From assembly GCA_963920595.1 (NCBI GenBank), contig OY986947.1, forward strand, positions 6,014,001-6,078,000: a DNA stretch of 64,000 nt, read 5' to 3'. Below the pieces are notes generated by a model, which saw only the letters and a list, made by a program, of their open reading frames with translations, was not told the DNA's origin and ran no database searches. This stretch comes from Eimeria praecox (Eukaryota). Within the stretch, counting starts at the first letter, position 1. Each line of letters begins with the position of its first letter. Positions 48,061-62,765 of the stretch are shown here, piece after piece. Both the position numbers and the translations under genes were made by a program.

Positions 48061-50876
48061 ACAGAGGCAAAAGGCCCTCCCACAGGCCAAGCTGCCGCCG
48101 CGCACGCCACGGTGGCCGTCGCCTACCAAAAGCAGCAGCACCAACACCGCCTCAGTGGGAGCACCAGCAGCAGCAGCAGTGGGAGCCTTGCAGCTCGGGG
48201 TCTAGGGCTCTGGGGCCCTACCCCAATCTCAACGCGATGCTGCTGACGGTGTGACGAATATCTGTGCGGCCAGGCCTCTCCACTCCCATCTGCCTGCAAA
48301 CAAAAACGGTGCTCGCCAACGAAAGACAGGGCAAAGGATTGGTGCGGGGAATGGGGAGGGCCCCACAGGTCTTATTGGTCGCTCAAGAAGAGCGTCAAAG
48401 GAATGCAGGGAGTAAAGGGGGCATATGGTGTTCAACTGGGTCTGAAGAAGGCGAGAGAGGCATGCGCGGAAGCGTTGATATGCAACTTGACAGCAAGCCA
48501 TGCGCAGGGCCCAGTAGTTCTCGACGTTCTCGACGACGAAAGTGAAGAAATTCTCATCAGCCACTTCACCACCAAAAATATAAATTAAGTAAAACTAAAA
48601 AAACACAGCAGCACCCCCTACCCCCCCAGCCATTTCACACACAGGCCCCACCCAACCAAAAATTGCCTCAAGCCCCAAACTCACACAACACAGTGGCAGC
48701 AGCAGACCATTCACCCCCGGCAACAAGTGCTGGGTTTCACTCCACTGTGCAGGCATTTGGTATATCTTGACCCATTAAGGGATAATATATTGTTAACAAT
48801 CCTGTATTGAGTGATTTGTCAAGGCCTCAAGAGGAAGAATCCAGTGCTTACGCCTCCAATGAAACAACCAGCAAAGGGGGGCAGAGAGTGGTTCAGTGGT
48901 GGACCTGGGAGCCTGAGGGAGATACTCGCTGCAGTGCACACAAAGGGAATTACAGGAATCCATTGACTGTTACTGAATTGATTCTTTAGACAGAATACTT
49001 CGCGCAGGCCTGAGCAGGCGCCGCGTCGCTTTTTGAGTCGTGCTTCATGCATGGGCTTTGCGAAGGGAGGGTGTGGAGATGCTCGAACTTTAAGAAGTGA
49101 AGGCCTCTCTATACCCTCCTTAGACAATCAGGGTATTGGGAATTCAAAATCCTAGTAAAGCTATACGTCTGAGGCAGTTTTTAAGATGGGGCGCGTCGAA
49201 GCAGTCAAGCGAAGGCAACGAACTGGTTTTTTTGCTTGACGGTTGGATGAAACATTGTAGCATGCTATGCGCTGTCTTGGTATTCTAATCCATCATTTCT
49301 TGCAGGTTGGCAACGGGGAATCCAACGGGCATTTAAGGATAGTTTACACTGCACTATTAAGAGCTACGTCATGCAGCGAATGGGCACTGGCTGTGTGTGC
49401 ATGTAGGGCTACCATGCAACACTAGCTGCAGCGAGGTGTATTGCAGCTTGATACTGGCATACCCGTGACCTCGCTGAGTCAGGCAATTGGCGAGCTCGGC
49501 CCAAGAGTCTGGGGTGCTGGAGGGGAAAGCTGCTGCTTTCTCCCAGCTTTGCTTGAGTCATTAACTCTGTGGCAGCTCGTGATGGTTCTCGAGTAAGATC
49601 GAGAAGCCTTGTAGCATTTGGTGGCACCTTACCGTGTAGGTATATCCCCACGGCAATGTTTAAGGCTTCCTTTCCCCCAAAGTCTTCGTCAAAGCCTCAA
49701 CCTTTCCATAATGGATATCGACAATGCTATGCCCCTCCGTGGGCACGCATGCCACGGCCAGGATCCCCGCCCAGAAGGACCGGCCTATGTTTGCCGATTT
49801 AGTCCCCTGAAAAAGGCTTTTCCTAAGAACAATTCATGAAGAGAAACAGTGCCACCTATATCCAGGCATTATGAAGCGCGACGCTCTTAATTAGGGACCA
49901 ACTCTATTCCAGCCCTATAGTTACTTGAAGGCTAAGTATTGAACTCACTAAGCATATGCTTCATTGTCTATCTTATATCACAGCCATCCTCATTTGCAAT
50001 GTGGCCAGGTGTCCTTGGCGAGGAATGCTGTTGAAAAATTGGATTGAAGTTATCGCTTGCTGCTGTTGTGGCACAGTCCCTCAGGGCGCTAATGCAGATC
50101 ATGCTTTACGTGAAATTGCATATGCCTTCGGGAATTGTTGGAGAGCAGTGATTTTACCCACTTTCTGGTCTGGACGGCAGGTTGATCTCAATGCATATCT
50201 AGTGTGTATAATCCTGAACGAATGCTTGCATTATTGTATAGCCATAAATCGTCTCCATATGGACAATTATATCATCCTGATACAAGCCACGTTCCAGAGC
50301 TTCCTCACAGCCTCCACAGCAAACTAGCATTCTCCGCTGGAAGTTGCACGCTTCGCCCCTCCGTGGTGCAGTGGGCTGCCACAGGTGACGCTCGCGCCTT
50401 CTTATGTAATTTGTCTGTGAAGTCTTTCCCCGGTTGCTCGCAACTTTACTCGGGCCTTATATTGGAAGGGGTTATCAAACTTCGTAATCATTCTCAGACT
50501 GTCAGGCTGGAATGTATGCGGCACGACAGCCCCTGCGTTGTTTTGAGTTCCACAGCCCTTTCCGCTCGGGGCAGTGTTTCCACTCTGCTTCCTGTAGAGG
50601 CCTCAAGGCTTCTTAGGATCCCTAATACGTGCACGTGCTGCTAACCAGCAGATGCCTTAAAAGTATCTTTTGGATGCCGCATACACGCCCTTAACGGTAA
50701 CGGTGCCAGTTTTGTACTTGAACCCGCACTCAACGTTTTACCGTCCCTTGTCTCCCGTATGCGACCGGCGAAACGTAGCCGCAAGAAGTTGACCAAGAGG
50801 CAGAGGTATAGGCTGCCGTAGCTTCTGGCGCCAAATCGAGTTTGCAGGCTTAGCAAAGTAGTGGTAGCGGATCCGG

Positions 50877-50993
<117 letters not shown>

Positions 50994-53201
50994 GATGCTG
51001 AAGCGGTACGAAAATAACGTGAGCCCCTTGACCGCCGGCCTTAGCCGAGGGTTTTCGTAGACCTAAAATGCTTGATGGGAGCTTGCAGAAAGCAGTTGAC
51101 CTCCCGTTATGTCTATGTACGTCATTGCAACAGAACAAACTCCTGATGCAGCCAGAGCCCTCGATTATAGTTGAGGACGATGGCAAAATACGGCAGAATC
51201 AAAATGCTTAGTGCTTGCATCAAGAAGCAGCTTGGGTCTTGCTTGCATGGGGGGTCGCTTGCAGCACGAGTTGCAACAAGGTTTGGTGCAACTCGTGGAT
51301 GTCTCATTCCTCTCCACACCAGCCCCAGTCCTTGTCCCCTGGGCCCAGAACACCTGGGAGGTGGAGAGAAGGCCAGCTGCTTTGGGAGGGAACTCTTATC
51401 CTGCCTCTGTAGACAATTGTTGAACACTTACGGTAGTGAGCTTGTCCTCCAGTCGAAGCATGAGACAGACAGCGCATGATTTATCTCCTTACTTTGCCTC
51501 CCAAGTAGGGCCCCCTTTCGTGTGCCAGGCTGCCCAACAAGGGCTGGATGGAGAGAGCGTAGGAGATGAAGGCGCTATAGGAGCCGTAGCCCCCAACAAA
51601 AAGTGATGGTAAACGAAGAGGGGCAAAGCCCGAACGGAATCTACTTGGGCTGCTTGTATGTGCTGCTGGAGCGGTTAATCGCATATTTTTGCGACAGCGC
51701 TGCGGCGCTTTTCCCCTTTCGACTGGGTAGAGGGATGTTGTTCCGGATCAGAGGGTCGCACCCTATTCAACAAATTGTGATGTGCAGCACCGCCGAGCAT
51801 ATGGGGATGAACAATGCTTACGTGAGGCCGGGATCCTGCTAACTCCCCAAGGGGGCGCATTTTCTCTCAGTGGGAGATGAATGTGTTTCGGGTGGGAGGT
51901 CGAACTATTCACAGATGGCCTGAGGGACCTAAAGCACACCTAAAAAATAATTAGAAGCGAGTATCACGTAGACGTGAATATAGGGGAGAAACTGTGCAAA
52001 TAACAAAGCAGTTGTCACCAAATGATAGTGCCATACTGTGAAAGCCCACGCTAGTAGTCGCAGGCACTTGCTCGAAAAGGGCGCCTAGGTGCTCAGGAGT
52101 CGCACAAAAAACTGTAAGCAGTTAATTCGGGTTGCCGGCCCCCTCGCCATTTGACCTAATACTCCAGGAATCTTATTCCCTTCCTACTCTTCCGTTCCGC
52201 GCTGACGTTGCTGCGTTTTTGTGAACAAGTTCAGGGAAGCTTTGATGATGCCCTAAACCGTTTGACATAGCCAGTTCTAGTGGTCTGATCACGTTTCCTC
52301 GTTGGAGGTACATCTTTGATGCGAGCCAGAAAGCCGGCTTGACAGCCAACAGCGAAATGCCTTCCACCTCATAGTTAACTCTTTCGGCTCCTCGCTGTCT
52401 TGTAAGTTTCGTAGAGTGTGCTAAGCCGGTGACACTATGGGTCCTGGGCTGAAAGCGGCTGCTGATTTTCGTTTGCCGTGTTTTCTAGCCCAGCCTGTGT
52501 ATGTATGTGTGTGCGTGTGTGTGCGTTTGTTTGTTGTTTTTTTCATGCTCTTTCTTTCATGCATTCCCACACTTCTTCAGCTTGCGCATGCAACTCTGCA
52601 ACTACCTGCGCATGGATCTTGCTACCAACAGCCAAGTCTACAGCTGATGCAGATAACAATGTTTCGGCGTAGGCTAAGGGGATCCGGGAACATCCGGTCA
52701 AAAAGTGTAGCACTGTACTATAAGCCCATTCAGAAGAGGGGAAACAATCAAGCCATCTTGAAGAACTATTCTGGGTAGAGAGCCATAAATACGCAAATGC
52801 CGCATGTGCATGCGGCAGGGGTGTTGCTTTTGAGCCTCTGCCTGTAAGTGTTTCACGGTAGTTATGCTGTCCTGCCTTAAGCCGCTTCATGAATTCGCAC
52901 CAGAAGGCTCTAACGAATGTTGCGTCTCTGTCGGTAATGGCGCGTTGTAGAAAACTGTGTTGCTTCCACTATGAAGGCCGTCGAGAGTTCCATCCAAACC
53001 CGTTTGCGGATAGGAAGGCTTTGCAAGAGTCCAGGTTTGAGGGGGTTGTGCGGCTTCCGCTTCTGACATCCCGGGAAAGTGAGGAAAAATTCCTCTGCGA
53101 CGTCCTTACCCTAGGTCACAATAAGGGCCTAGCCACTGGCACCACTGCTGTGCTGACTCCAGCATGCCCGGCTAAAACATGATCTATCTATCTACCTATC
53201 T

Positions 53202-53312
53202 ATCTACCTATCTATCAATCTATCTAACTATCTATCTATCTCTCTATCTCTATCTATCTATCTATCTATCTATCTATATCTATCTATCTATATGTATCTA
53301 TCTATATCTATA

Positions 53313-53359
<47 letters not shown>

Positions 53360-53422
53360 CTATATCTATATCTGTATCTATATATCTATATCTATATATC
53401 TATACCTATATATATATATATA
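53202..53422. repeat. Compound (TCTA)n/(TA)n microsatellite
   Basis: ATCT and AT iterations. Confidence 0.9.
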
Positions 53423-55187
53423 ATATCGAAAGCTTTCCTTGTTTAAGTTTCCTCGGTTCTGCCCTAGCCTGTTCCCTTGCCAGCATAGAAATAAATCTTT
53501 CTTGAAGGCTTTCATACTCTAAATGCACTGCAGAAAGTGGTGTCCTTCGCTAGATATAACTATCATTGTCATGAGTCCCCTTCTGACAAGGAGGATGTGG
53601 GCGCATTTCGAAGACGAAAGAATAACTCTAGGGAAGCAAAGAAAGCTTCCAATGCCAATGTGCCATGGCACCCGTCATATCTGGAAGACAGGCAAGGGTG
53701 TAAGCACTCATCACGAATTGTCTTTACTGCAATGATATCCTTGAATGGAAGGAATGCAGAAACTGCACTTGTTCCAATGGGACGAGTTGTCCAGCTGTTA
53801 GTTAATTCCCCACACGAGAGCTCGTCCTGGTTAGACTCCATTATGAAAGAGCAGAAGCGGACTGTAAGACTGGCAGCGGCATTGGGATAATACGCAAGTT
53901 ATTTGTTCAAGCGCCTTCTCAATGCAATTTATCAAGACGCGCTTCCATTCCCTCGAGGTTCTATGCATGCACCTGTCTCAAATGCGCCATACCAGGTACA
54001 GCAAAGCTCTGCTATTATAGCTGAGGGCCGTCACAAGCTGAGATAGGGTACAAACAGTTTTGCAAAATAGTATCCCCAAAGCAGCTGATCTCAACTCCAG
54101 CCTCCAGGCGACTTAAGCACAGATACCCAAGAGTTGGGGTGGTGTGAGCAATGACCAGAAAGTCAAGAGCTGCAACGCATCTCGGTGCAGCTAGCGCTGC
54201 GAGGCAGCCCCACGTGTGCGGAGACAATAACCCTTTTGCTGCATGCATAAATACTGCAGATCGTATTGTAAACCGTTCTTAAACCCTTGCTTGTTTGGCC
54301 CTTCCCAGCCAGCTTAAGAGCACGTGGATACGAGTATCAGCATCAGACAGGCCATGCTGCAAATACTCACTTGCTGCAAATGGTTGCTTGGTGTAACGAG
54401 AGTTTCCAGTACTAGCGTAGAGCCATCGCGAGATGCAATAAGGCCAAGCGCTTAGAGAAATAGTTCCTCCAAAAAAGCTTGCCTCAAGTCGAATATCTAT
54501 CCTCCCTGTGCTCTACAGACTAAGGGCCTGTGTACCTGGTAGGTAGCTGGTAGCCCGGCATGTCTGCACTCACAACCAGTCCCTTCCTTTGGCACATAAG
54601 CCAACATTATGAACTGTACTGTATACAGTCGTTAAGCGCTTAACTTAACCCACCACAGTAAGCCTGCAAGCGAGTGGAGAGACGCGTAACAACATACCGC
54701 AGGTCGTGCTGCATTTGGCCTTCAGGAGCCTTATGTGCAGCCAACTGTCTGTTTGGTTATTGCTTAATCGGTGAAAATGAACTTATTTGCTTGAGACAAG
54801 ACAGATCCACCATGAAACTGTGGGAAGGTGAGAAAAAATGGAGAGAACCAATGTGCATAATATAATAAGGGTTGTGTGCGTAGTCGGGGTTGCTCCGTTG
54901 CCTTACCCAAGAGTGTTAGGTTAACAGTTGACTAGTAATATATATAACGGACGGAAAAGGAAACATCGAAGTTTTCAATCCAGTGTATTTGTGAGGGTTT
55001 TCTGATGTTAATGATCCTTTCTACACTGTTAACACTATTTTCTTGCTGTAGGGCTCGACTTCCCTTGCATGCGGCGGCTTCCCCACGGCGTCAGTAGCAA
55101 TTGAATATTTCGTTTCTTTATCCCCTCCACAACGTTTTCTCCCTTTAAATGTGTTTTCTGAGAGAAGCTGCAGAAGAATAACCAAGA

Positions 55188-55873
55188 ATGAGCGAACGGC
55201 TCCTTACAAATATCGGCCGCCTCGGCGTTGCCATTGGGGTTTCGGGCGTTGTGGCGAAGTCGTGTCTGTATGATGGTAAGGCAAGCAATCGTTATTTTAT
55301 TCTTAAACCCTCAACCCTAAATCACAAAATCTGAGCCCTAGGCCATAACCCTCAATGAGGGTTACCGGTTTGCTCAGTTCTTTGCTGCATATGTTGAGCA
55401 TCTTCATACGGGTTAGAAGGCTGCTGATATAGCCTACTATATAGCCAAATACGCCTTCAAGTTTTCCCTTAGGATGCATACATTGTTAAGACTTCTAAGG
55501 CTGATGTCTATACGCGTCATTCTAGTGTATTTACGCATAACATATGCTGCAGTTGAAGTCGCTTGGCTGCTGTTTCCCTTGATGAGCCGATAATCTATAG
55601 CGAATATCTAACGGGAGCACCAGCATTAGCAGGCATTATCTTCTATACAGAAGCATCAACATCTGTATCACCTTTTTGTGGAGAAAATAAGAGCAGACAA
55701 TTTATAGGCAACTCTGTTGGAATATATGCGCAATCGCTAGACGTTGATGATGGGACGTGAAAATATAAATGAATCGATTTGATACTGTCGTTTGCAAAAG
55801 CATGCAATTCAAACAGTTGGTCTTGTGCAAGTATTGTGATGATGATTTGTATACGTCGTTCCTACAATTTCTG

Positions 55874-55940
<67 letters not shown>

Positions 55941-58590
55941 AGCACATTGAGGGTTTAGATTTGTATTGACTGTATTTTTTCGCGAGACGAAATATGCATG
56001 GAGCAAGAAATAGACATACTGAATGTCTTTGTGTGGTCGATGTTAAGTTTTTTCTACTTTTCCCGGTGGTTGCGAGGGTGCAGACTAGCTAGACTTTGGC
56101 GCCATTCTCAGCTGTAGTATTTATTCGAATCATGCAGATCTACGTCTCTAGTTGTTTGGATGCTTGTGTGTTAATACCCCCTCCTTGGGGGTATTGAAAG
56201 CAAGTAAATGTTTAAGGGAGAAAGCCTCACATTCGTCTTTGTTGGTTTTTGGTGTGTATGTGTTGTGCTCTATTGTATTGTATTGTATTGTATTGTATTG
56301 TATTGTATTGTATATTGTATTGTATTGTATTGTATTGTATTGTATTGTATTGTATTGTATTGTATTGTATTGTATTGTATTGTATTGTATTGTATTGTAT
56401 TGTATTGTATATTGTATTGTATTGTATTGTATTGTATTGTATTGTATTGTATTGTATTGTATTGTATTGTATTGTATTGTATTGTATTGTATTGTATTGT
56501 ATTGTATTGTATTGTATTGTATTGTATTGTATGTGTGTGTTGTTTGTGTGCAGTTGATGGAGGCCAACGATGCATCATGTTCAACCGTTTCGGGGGTGTG
56601 TCTCAGCGACCTGTTGGAGAGGGTTTACATTTTTTTGTTCCATGGTTGCAAGTGCCTCACATATATGATATACGGACTCAGCCAAAAGTAATAACAACGA
56701 CTACAGGCACGCGAGATCTGCAAATGGTGTCCCTTTCTCTTCGTCTGTTATACCGACCGAACGAAAATCGCCTTCCTGTGCTCCATCAAACCTTAGGCCC
56801 AGATTTTGCAGAAAGGGTATTACCTTCCATTGGAAATGAAGTCCTCAAGGCAGTTGTTGCTAGATATGATGCTGAGAGCCTTTTGACACAGAGAGATCGT
56901 GTGTCACAAGATATTCGAGAACATATTACACAGAGGGCGAAGAACTTCGACATTGAACTCGATGATGTCGCCATTGTACGATATAAATATAGACAATCGT
57001 AGCCTTCTATAGCTCGTTTTGCTCTCTCCCTGATGCAGCTGTTCCTTGGTTTTCTGTTCTTGTTGCTCTTGGTCTAATCGCTGTATCCCCTTCCAGTTTC
57101 ACATGCATTTCTTGCTTTCTATAGAGATGCGGCGTTAACGTTTAACTGACATTTTTCGTGCAAATTACACCCTGGTTGCACGAGGGTACAACGTTGTGTC
57201 CCAACGGATAGTACTAGCTGTGCCTTTCTAGTGCTTATTGCCTCCCTGTCTGGCTGTGTCTCTATATCCTTATCTGTCTTTGCTTGCATGTTCTTTAATG
57301 TCTTTCGTTTCTTGCCCGTTTCTGTGTGTATTCCTCGATCTCTTGAGCAGTTTCGTTAGCTCTAGTACTTAGGATGACCATGGGAAAGCGTACAAGTCTA
57401 TGCTGCGTTGTTGAGTGCGCGTGCATATTCGTTGTGTGCTTATAAGCTTTTACTCGTGTATGGTATTGCATGCGATCGTGTTTTGTGTGCTTGTATGTGC
57501 ATCTGTATCATCATCAATCTATTTGTGTGTGAATGAGCATTAGCACTACTTCATGTACTTACGTATTATTGCATTATTTTGGCGCAGGGGTGGGTAATGG
57601 GGGAGGTATACGCGTTTGTATGCATATTGTCATGTGTATCTGTGTGTATACGCGTTTCTTATTGTGGTGTTTGCATGCATGCGAATGCATGCATTGCTTA
57701 ATGAGCTTGTATGTGGAAGTGTGTATTACAAGAGTGTATGGAGGAGTATGGCCTATATGTGGATGTTTGTTTGTATATTTCTACACTGTCTACACGTTGT
57801 GTGCATGCACACGTGTATACAATTTCCCGACACTCATGTACATATCCATGTTGGGATTTGAGAAAAGATTGTTGAAACGGCGTTTTATCTGGAGCATGCG
57901 TTCCTCTTCATATGTACCATGCTATCTATAGGTCCTAGGAAGTATTTTCAAAGAAAGTCTGTAGCGTGGTGCTCAACAAACAGGCTTACACTAATTTAAC
58001 CTCAAATATATACTGAGTGGTCCCATGCGTTCTTTGGCCTGAGTTCTGTATAGTTGCACGTGTGTTGTTTCTTCTGTGTAATTTTGCATATTTTCAAGCG
58101 AACGCATGCAGCGTATACTTTGAAATTCGTGTGCACGCATGTAGGTGATGGGCATTTGTGCATGTGTGTGGGTGCATGCACAGTGTGTGTGTGTGTGCTT
58201 CGACGTGTCCGCTGGATGCATGTTAGTGTGCATTCGTGAGCTCGTGGCTATCTGCATATGCGAATGCGTGGTGTATGCATGCAGACGCATTTGAGCTATG
58301 GAAAGGAGTTCTCTCGAGCGATAGAAGAAAAGCAAGTGGCGCAGCAAGAGAGTGAACGAATAAAGTTTGTGGTTGCGATGACGGAGCAAGAGAAGAAGGC
58401 AGCAATCGTGCGGGCAGAAGGAGAGGCAGAAGCTGCTTCTCTTATTTCAAATGCCATTAAGGAACACGGAGGTGGCCTTATTGAAGTTAGGCGCCTTGAC
58501 GCTGCCAAAGAAATCGCCGAGGCTCTAGGAAAATCAAAGAACGTCACCTACTTGCCGCAAGGAGTCAACCTGCTCGTTTCTCAGCCCTAA
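55188..58590 (+). CDS. PHB1: Prohibitin (PHB1-like SPFH protein), 3 exons: 55188-55275, 56554-56975, 58285-58590; 271 aa
   Basis: [17 protein letters not shown]...[19 protein letters not shown]...[23 protein letters not shown]...TGTRDLQMV...[17 protein letters not shown]...[31 protein letters not shown]...[13 protein letters not shown] introns; exon lengths 88+422+306=816 nt keep the frame. Confidence 0.93.
55876..55938. repeat. (TA)n microsatellite in prohibitin intron 1
   Basis: Pure AT run. Confidence 0.93.
56271..56532. repeat. (TATTG)n pentanucleotide microsatellite just upstream of the prohibitin exon-2 acceptor
   Basis: About 50 TATTG units with two TA interruptions. Confidence 0.95.
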
Positions 58591-58675
58591 ACATACGGAA
58601 ACGTGGATGCATTGATTGGCATATGCACGTTATAAATAGCTGACCGGCATATAAATAAGCTACGAATTTCACTTC

Positions 58676-58679
<4 letters not shown>

Positions 58680-58724
<45 letters not shown>
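58680..58724. repeat. (TA)n microsatellite 3' of prohibitin
   Basis: Pure AT run. Confidence 0.93.
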
Positions 58725-58727
<3 letters not shown>

Positions 58728-61237
58728 ATATGTGCAGATGCACACTTCCCGGCCTATATGGACCGGCAAATGTTCAGTTAACAACTCGCTGGCTTCCGGC
58801 TGCAGCAGTTGCTGACTGATTGCAGATCAAACAGACGAAGAACATAGCACACGAAGGAGATGGTATTCCATCTAAAATGACTAAGACGACTTCAACTCAC
58901 CATCACGATGGCAGTTTGTGTTTCAAATAACACGTTTACTCACAAGTAAAACGAGAAAGTATACATTCCAAACGCAAAGAAGTTGGATTATTTTGTTTTT
59001 CTGGCCGACGCACTGCACAGTCGCAGTGACGGTGGGCAGGCGGGCCACATTTATTGGGTCTAAGGTTCGCTCTTCCTACTTAATTTTGTTTTAAAACCTT
59101 TGGTGTCAAGCAGAACGAATGTTGCATTCGTCTCAGCTTGATGCCTCGTTGAAATGCTTGAATGCGCTTTGTTCCCATATCTACCAATCGTAAATGTGGA
59201 CACATACCATTATAATTACATTGTCTAATATATATCACTGTTTAATATAAAGTAATATAGCTGATCGGAAGACAAATGTCTGCTGTAGCGGCTCAGATAC
59301 AGTGCGTAAGAGAAGAATGAATTCAAACCCAGCTCATGAGATTCTCCAGTTGTCGCCAGTTGTAGCTCAATGCTTCCATTGTACATAATAGCGTTTCTTT
59401 GGGAAAGCTGATATTGAAGGGAGAGTGGGTGGAGGAGATACCACAGGGGCCTTCAATACAGTGAAACACATTTATACGGGACTGCACGCTCATTATAATT
59501 GCAGAAATGGACGGTTAGCCCCCCTACATCTGCAGGACGTCATACCACTCTACGTCGCCACGTGCAAATACGAAAACATATGTATAAAGGTACTTCTTAT
59601 TGCACATTGTGATGGCTTCGTGTTTTGCTTACAAACTGTGTGAAGCTGTGTCTACAATTAGTTATTCAAGAGCATCGGCTGCTTGCCCATCCTTTCTAGT
59701 TTCAGCTGCTGTCTAAATTTATGTTTCCTCTGCTGTTACTATATCTTTTATAAAATCTGTATGTTATACAAGTTTGCATTGGTTGGAGATACACTTTGCT
59801 AAGCTGCTTTCGCAGGGCAGTACTTCGCTGCTCGTCTCATCGTACTCCTGTGTAGGTAATTGGTTGGCCTGTGTTTCCTTGTGCCTCAGTTGCTTTATTG
59901 ATTTTTTTATTGGTTTTAGCGTTGAATATTTCGTTCTGTCGCTTGCAGTTTAACGTTAAGAGGCTAAAGCTACCATGATTGTTGCATGCGTCCTAATGAC
60001 GCGTCTCCCACAGCATATGATGTTTCGGACTTTGGGATGTTGTCGTCCTCGTGTTTAGCTTGTCATTCATTCAAATTCACTGTGCATGGAAACATTACTA
60101 ATCTGAACAAATAGAGATGAAGGCTGGTTGAATCCCACAGTGCAAGCGCTTGGTGCTGAAGTAATCATGTATCGCTTCGGGTACATGTAACGATGGTAAG
60201 TTGGGTATAAATTCGAGTAAACTGACAAAGTAATTGCTTAATTCAAGTTAATAAACAACTGTCGATCCATTTAAATCAATAAAGTTTTAAATTTCGATTC
60301 CTAACCCCCCGTTAAAGCCCGGTGGCTGCTCGCGAGTTGCAGTCCCGATCACCGCAGCACTTCTCCTCTGCTTCATTTCCGGTTATTTCCTTCCCCTTCA
60401 GTATTAAAAGGCTAAAAATATTAAAACTGAGTCAATAAGAAGGTTTCAATGAGAGATCTTACGATAAAATAAAGCAAAAAAAAGCATTCCTCCACTCATT
60501 TGGGGCTGCATGCGCTCAGGTCGCGAATACGGTCTATATGGCATTCTTCTGAACTGTATGCTTCCTAGGTTAGAAGGCTTTCATTGAAATTCTTTCTTAT
60601 TTCTTTTTGCGGGGTTGTGGAGAGTTTATTTCAAAGCCAGTTATGCCAGCTCAGTCGGAGGACCCTTGATGCTGTGTTCTCGACAGCTAGCGAATGCCCT
60701 TGCATTCAGTTCTGGCCTGGCTCCTTTACCTTCTCGTGTTCCTCGCCGTTATATACCCTTCATATTATTATTAGGTCAATTACGAAGTTCCTTCATCTTC
60801 TCATACGGAGAAGACATTTGCCGAGCCACTTTGGGGGGAGTCAAAAGCGTAGACTAGTTGTTCTATTTTACGAGTATATTCATTCCATTCATCTTTTTGA
60901 GTTTCAACCATAAACAGTGGTAATCCTTTTCTGATTTGGAGTTGAATAGATTGCTGCTTTCAAGAGCGACGCCTCAACAAAAGCTTTAAATCTCCCAGGT
61001 GCTAGCTATTAAGGGGAGAGAGTTATCCTCCTCTCTTTTTTATCGCTATTACTGCTTGCTAAATATAAACACAAGGGAAGGATTAGGTAATTCTACTGTT
61101 GGAGGTCTTGCCGCCCCTTGTTTCTTCTCAGCAATCGACTCTGCCGACTTTGTTTTTGAGGACTCACGTCGCTACAGCTGAACTAGTGGAATTGATTATT
61201 GCATGCATGCATGCATGCATGAAGGGAATCTCAAAGA

Positions 61238-62194
61238 ATGCAGTTTGAGACAGTAGGGGGCGTTGAAGCCCCAGGGGCATCTGGGCGTCGCTCCCTATGG
61301 GATGATGATAGCTCTCGATTGGGTTTCTCGGGGAATCTAACAATCCGGTTGTGTGTACATCTCTGCTGTGCTGCCTGTCTAGGGGCTTTTGTTATATGGG
61401 GAATAACAGCGGATCCTCCAGTTAAAGGTTTCTTTTGCAATGATACAAGCATCCGATATCCTCTAAAGGCAGAGACGGTTCCTGCTGGCTTAGCGACAGT
61501 TATTGTAATTGGGATTCCTATTATACTATTTGCTGCAGTAGAGCTTCTACAGGCCCTTGTTATTGATAGGAGCAGTCTAACATCATGTCAGTTGATGTGC
61601 TGCTCTGTTCCTAAAATGTTAATTGATGTATATCTCGTGTTAGGAGGATTCGCATTTGGGCTGCTTTTAAATTTTTCTCTTGCAAATGTTGCTAAGCTCT
61701 GCATAGGTAGACTAAGGCCTCATTTTATTGCTGTCTGCCAGCCCAACTGGAACTCCTTACGGTGTACAGACACCTCAGGTGATCTCTATGTTAACTCGTA
61801 TGAATGCCGGGGGACTGATCTGGAGGCTATTAAGGAAGCACGTCTCAGTTTCTTCTCCGCTCATAGCAGCAATTCTAGCTGTGCTATGGTCTACACCCTC
61901 ATATATCTTCAGTACCGCCTTACAACATTGAATTATACATCTTTTATACCTTCTTTGAGACAGAGACAGACAAACAGCAGCAAGGCTAAATGGATGTGGG
62001 ATACAGCAACTGCTATGCGTCCTTTTATTCAAGCAGTTCTCCTTATTCTCTGTTTATTTATTGCTCTTTCCCGTGTAATGGATTTCTTTCATCATCCAAC
62101 AGATGTACTAACAGGCCTGTTTGTTGGAACAGTTATTGCGTTTTATTCTGCCTTCTATGTTAGTAAATTACATCTTCTAGGACGAAGCCAATAA
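61238..62194 (+). CDS. PAP2-family lipid phosphate phosphatase, 318 aa, multi-pass membrane protein
   Basis: GFFCNDTSIRYP, C1 KLCIGRLRPHF, C2 SFFSAHSS, C3 SRVMDFFHHPTDVLTG, with hydrophobic segments in between. Confidence 0.92.
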   Translation: MQFETVGGVEAPGASGRRSLWDDDSSRLGFSGNLTIRLCVHLCCAACLGAFVIWGITADPPVKGFFCNDTSIRYPLKAETVPAGLATVIVIGIPIILFAAVELLQALVIDRSSLTSCQLMCCSVPKMLIDVYLVLGGFAFGLLLNFSLANVAKLCIGRLRPHFIAVCQPNWNSLRCTDTSGDLYVNSYECRGTDLEAIKEARLSFFSAHSSNSSCAMVYTLIYLQYRLTTLNYTSFIPSLRQRQTNSSKAKWMWDTATAMRPFIQAVLLILCLFIALSRVMDFFHHPTDVLTGLFVGTVIAFYSAFYVSKLHLLGRSQ

Positions 62195-62429
62195 ACACTC
62201 TATATTGTTGTTTGGGGATATGCTTGCTTGTCATTATATGAATAAGGAGCAGTCCATGGAGGATGGAAGATAGAAGAAAAACAGTAGAAAGGCCCCCTTT
62301 GCAGGTTTCTACAGACAAGCCTCCTAACAGCTCGTTGCTACATTTGATCCTTATCAAGGCCTCTCAAGGAAGATGAAGGAAACCCTAAAGATGTTTGATG
62401 ATGTGAATAATGATGATACAGACAGTCTC

Positions 62430-62765
62430 AGACATGCCAGCTGTGTTAACTGCAGTACACACACAAATCTGTGTTATTAATATATCACAAGGTATATGTT
62501 TGTTAATTAAATTCTAAGACATACCAGCTGTGTGAACTGCAGTACACACACAAATCTGTGTTATTAATATCACAAGGTATATGTTTGTTAATTAAATGCT
62601 AAGACGTGCCAGCTGTGTTAACTGCAGTACACACACAAATCTGTGTTATTAATATATCACAAGGTATATGTTTGTTAATTACATTCTAAGACTTGCCAGC
62701 TGTGTTAACTGCAGTAAACACACAAATCCGTGTTATTAATATCACAAGGTATATGTTTGTTAATT
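62430..62765. repeat. 85-87-bp minisatellite, 4 copies
   Basis: CCAGCTGTGTTAACTGCAGTACACACACAAATCTGTG... at 62437, 62524, 62609 and 62696. Confidence 0.92.

Noticed and set aside
45188..48254. Plus-strand ORFs opposite the SET gene
   Set aside because: Antisense shadows of a GC/CAG-rich coding region.
56148..56553. ORFs with YCIVL/IQYNT repeats, including the N-terminus of 56208..57002
   Set aside because: These translate the intronic (TATTG)n tract; the real exon starts at 56554.
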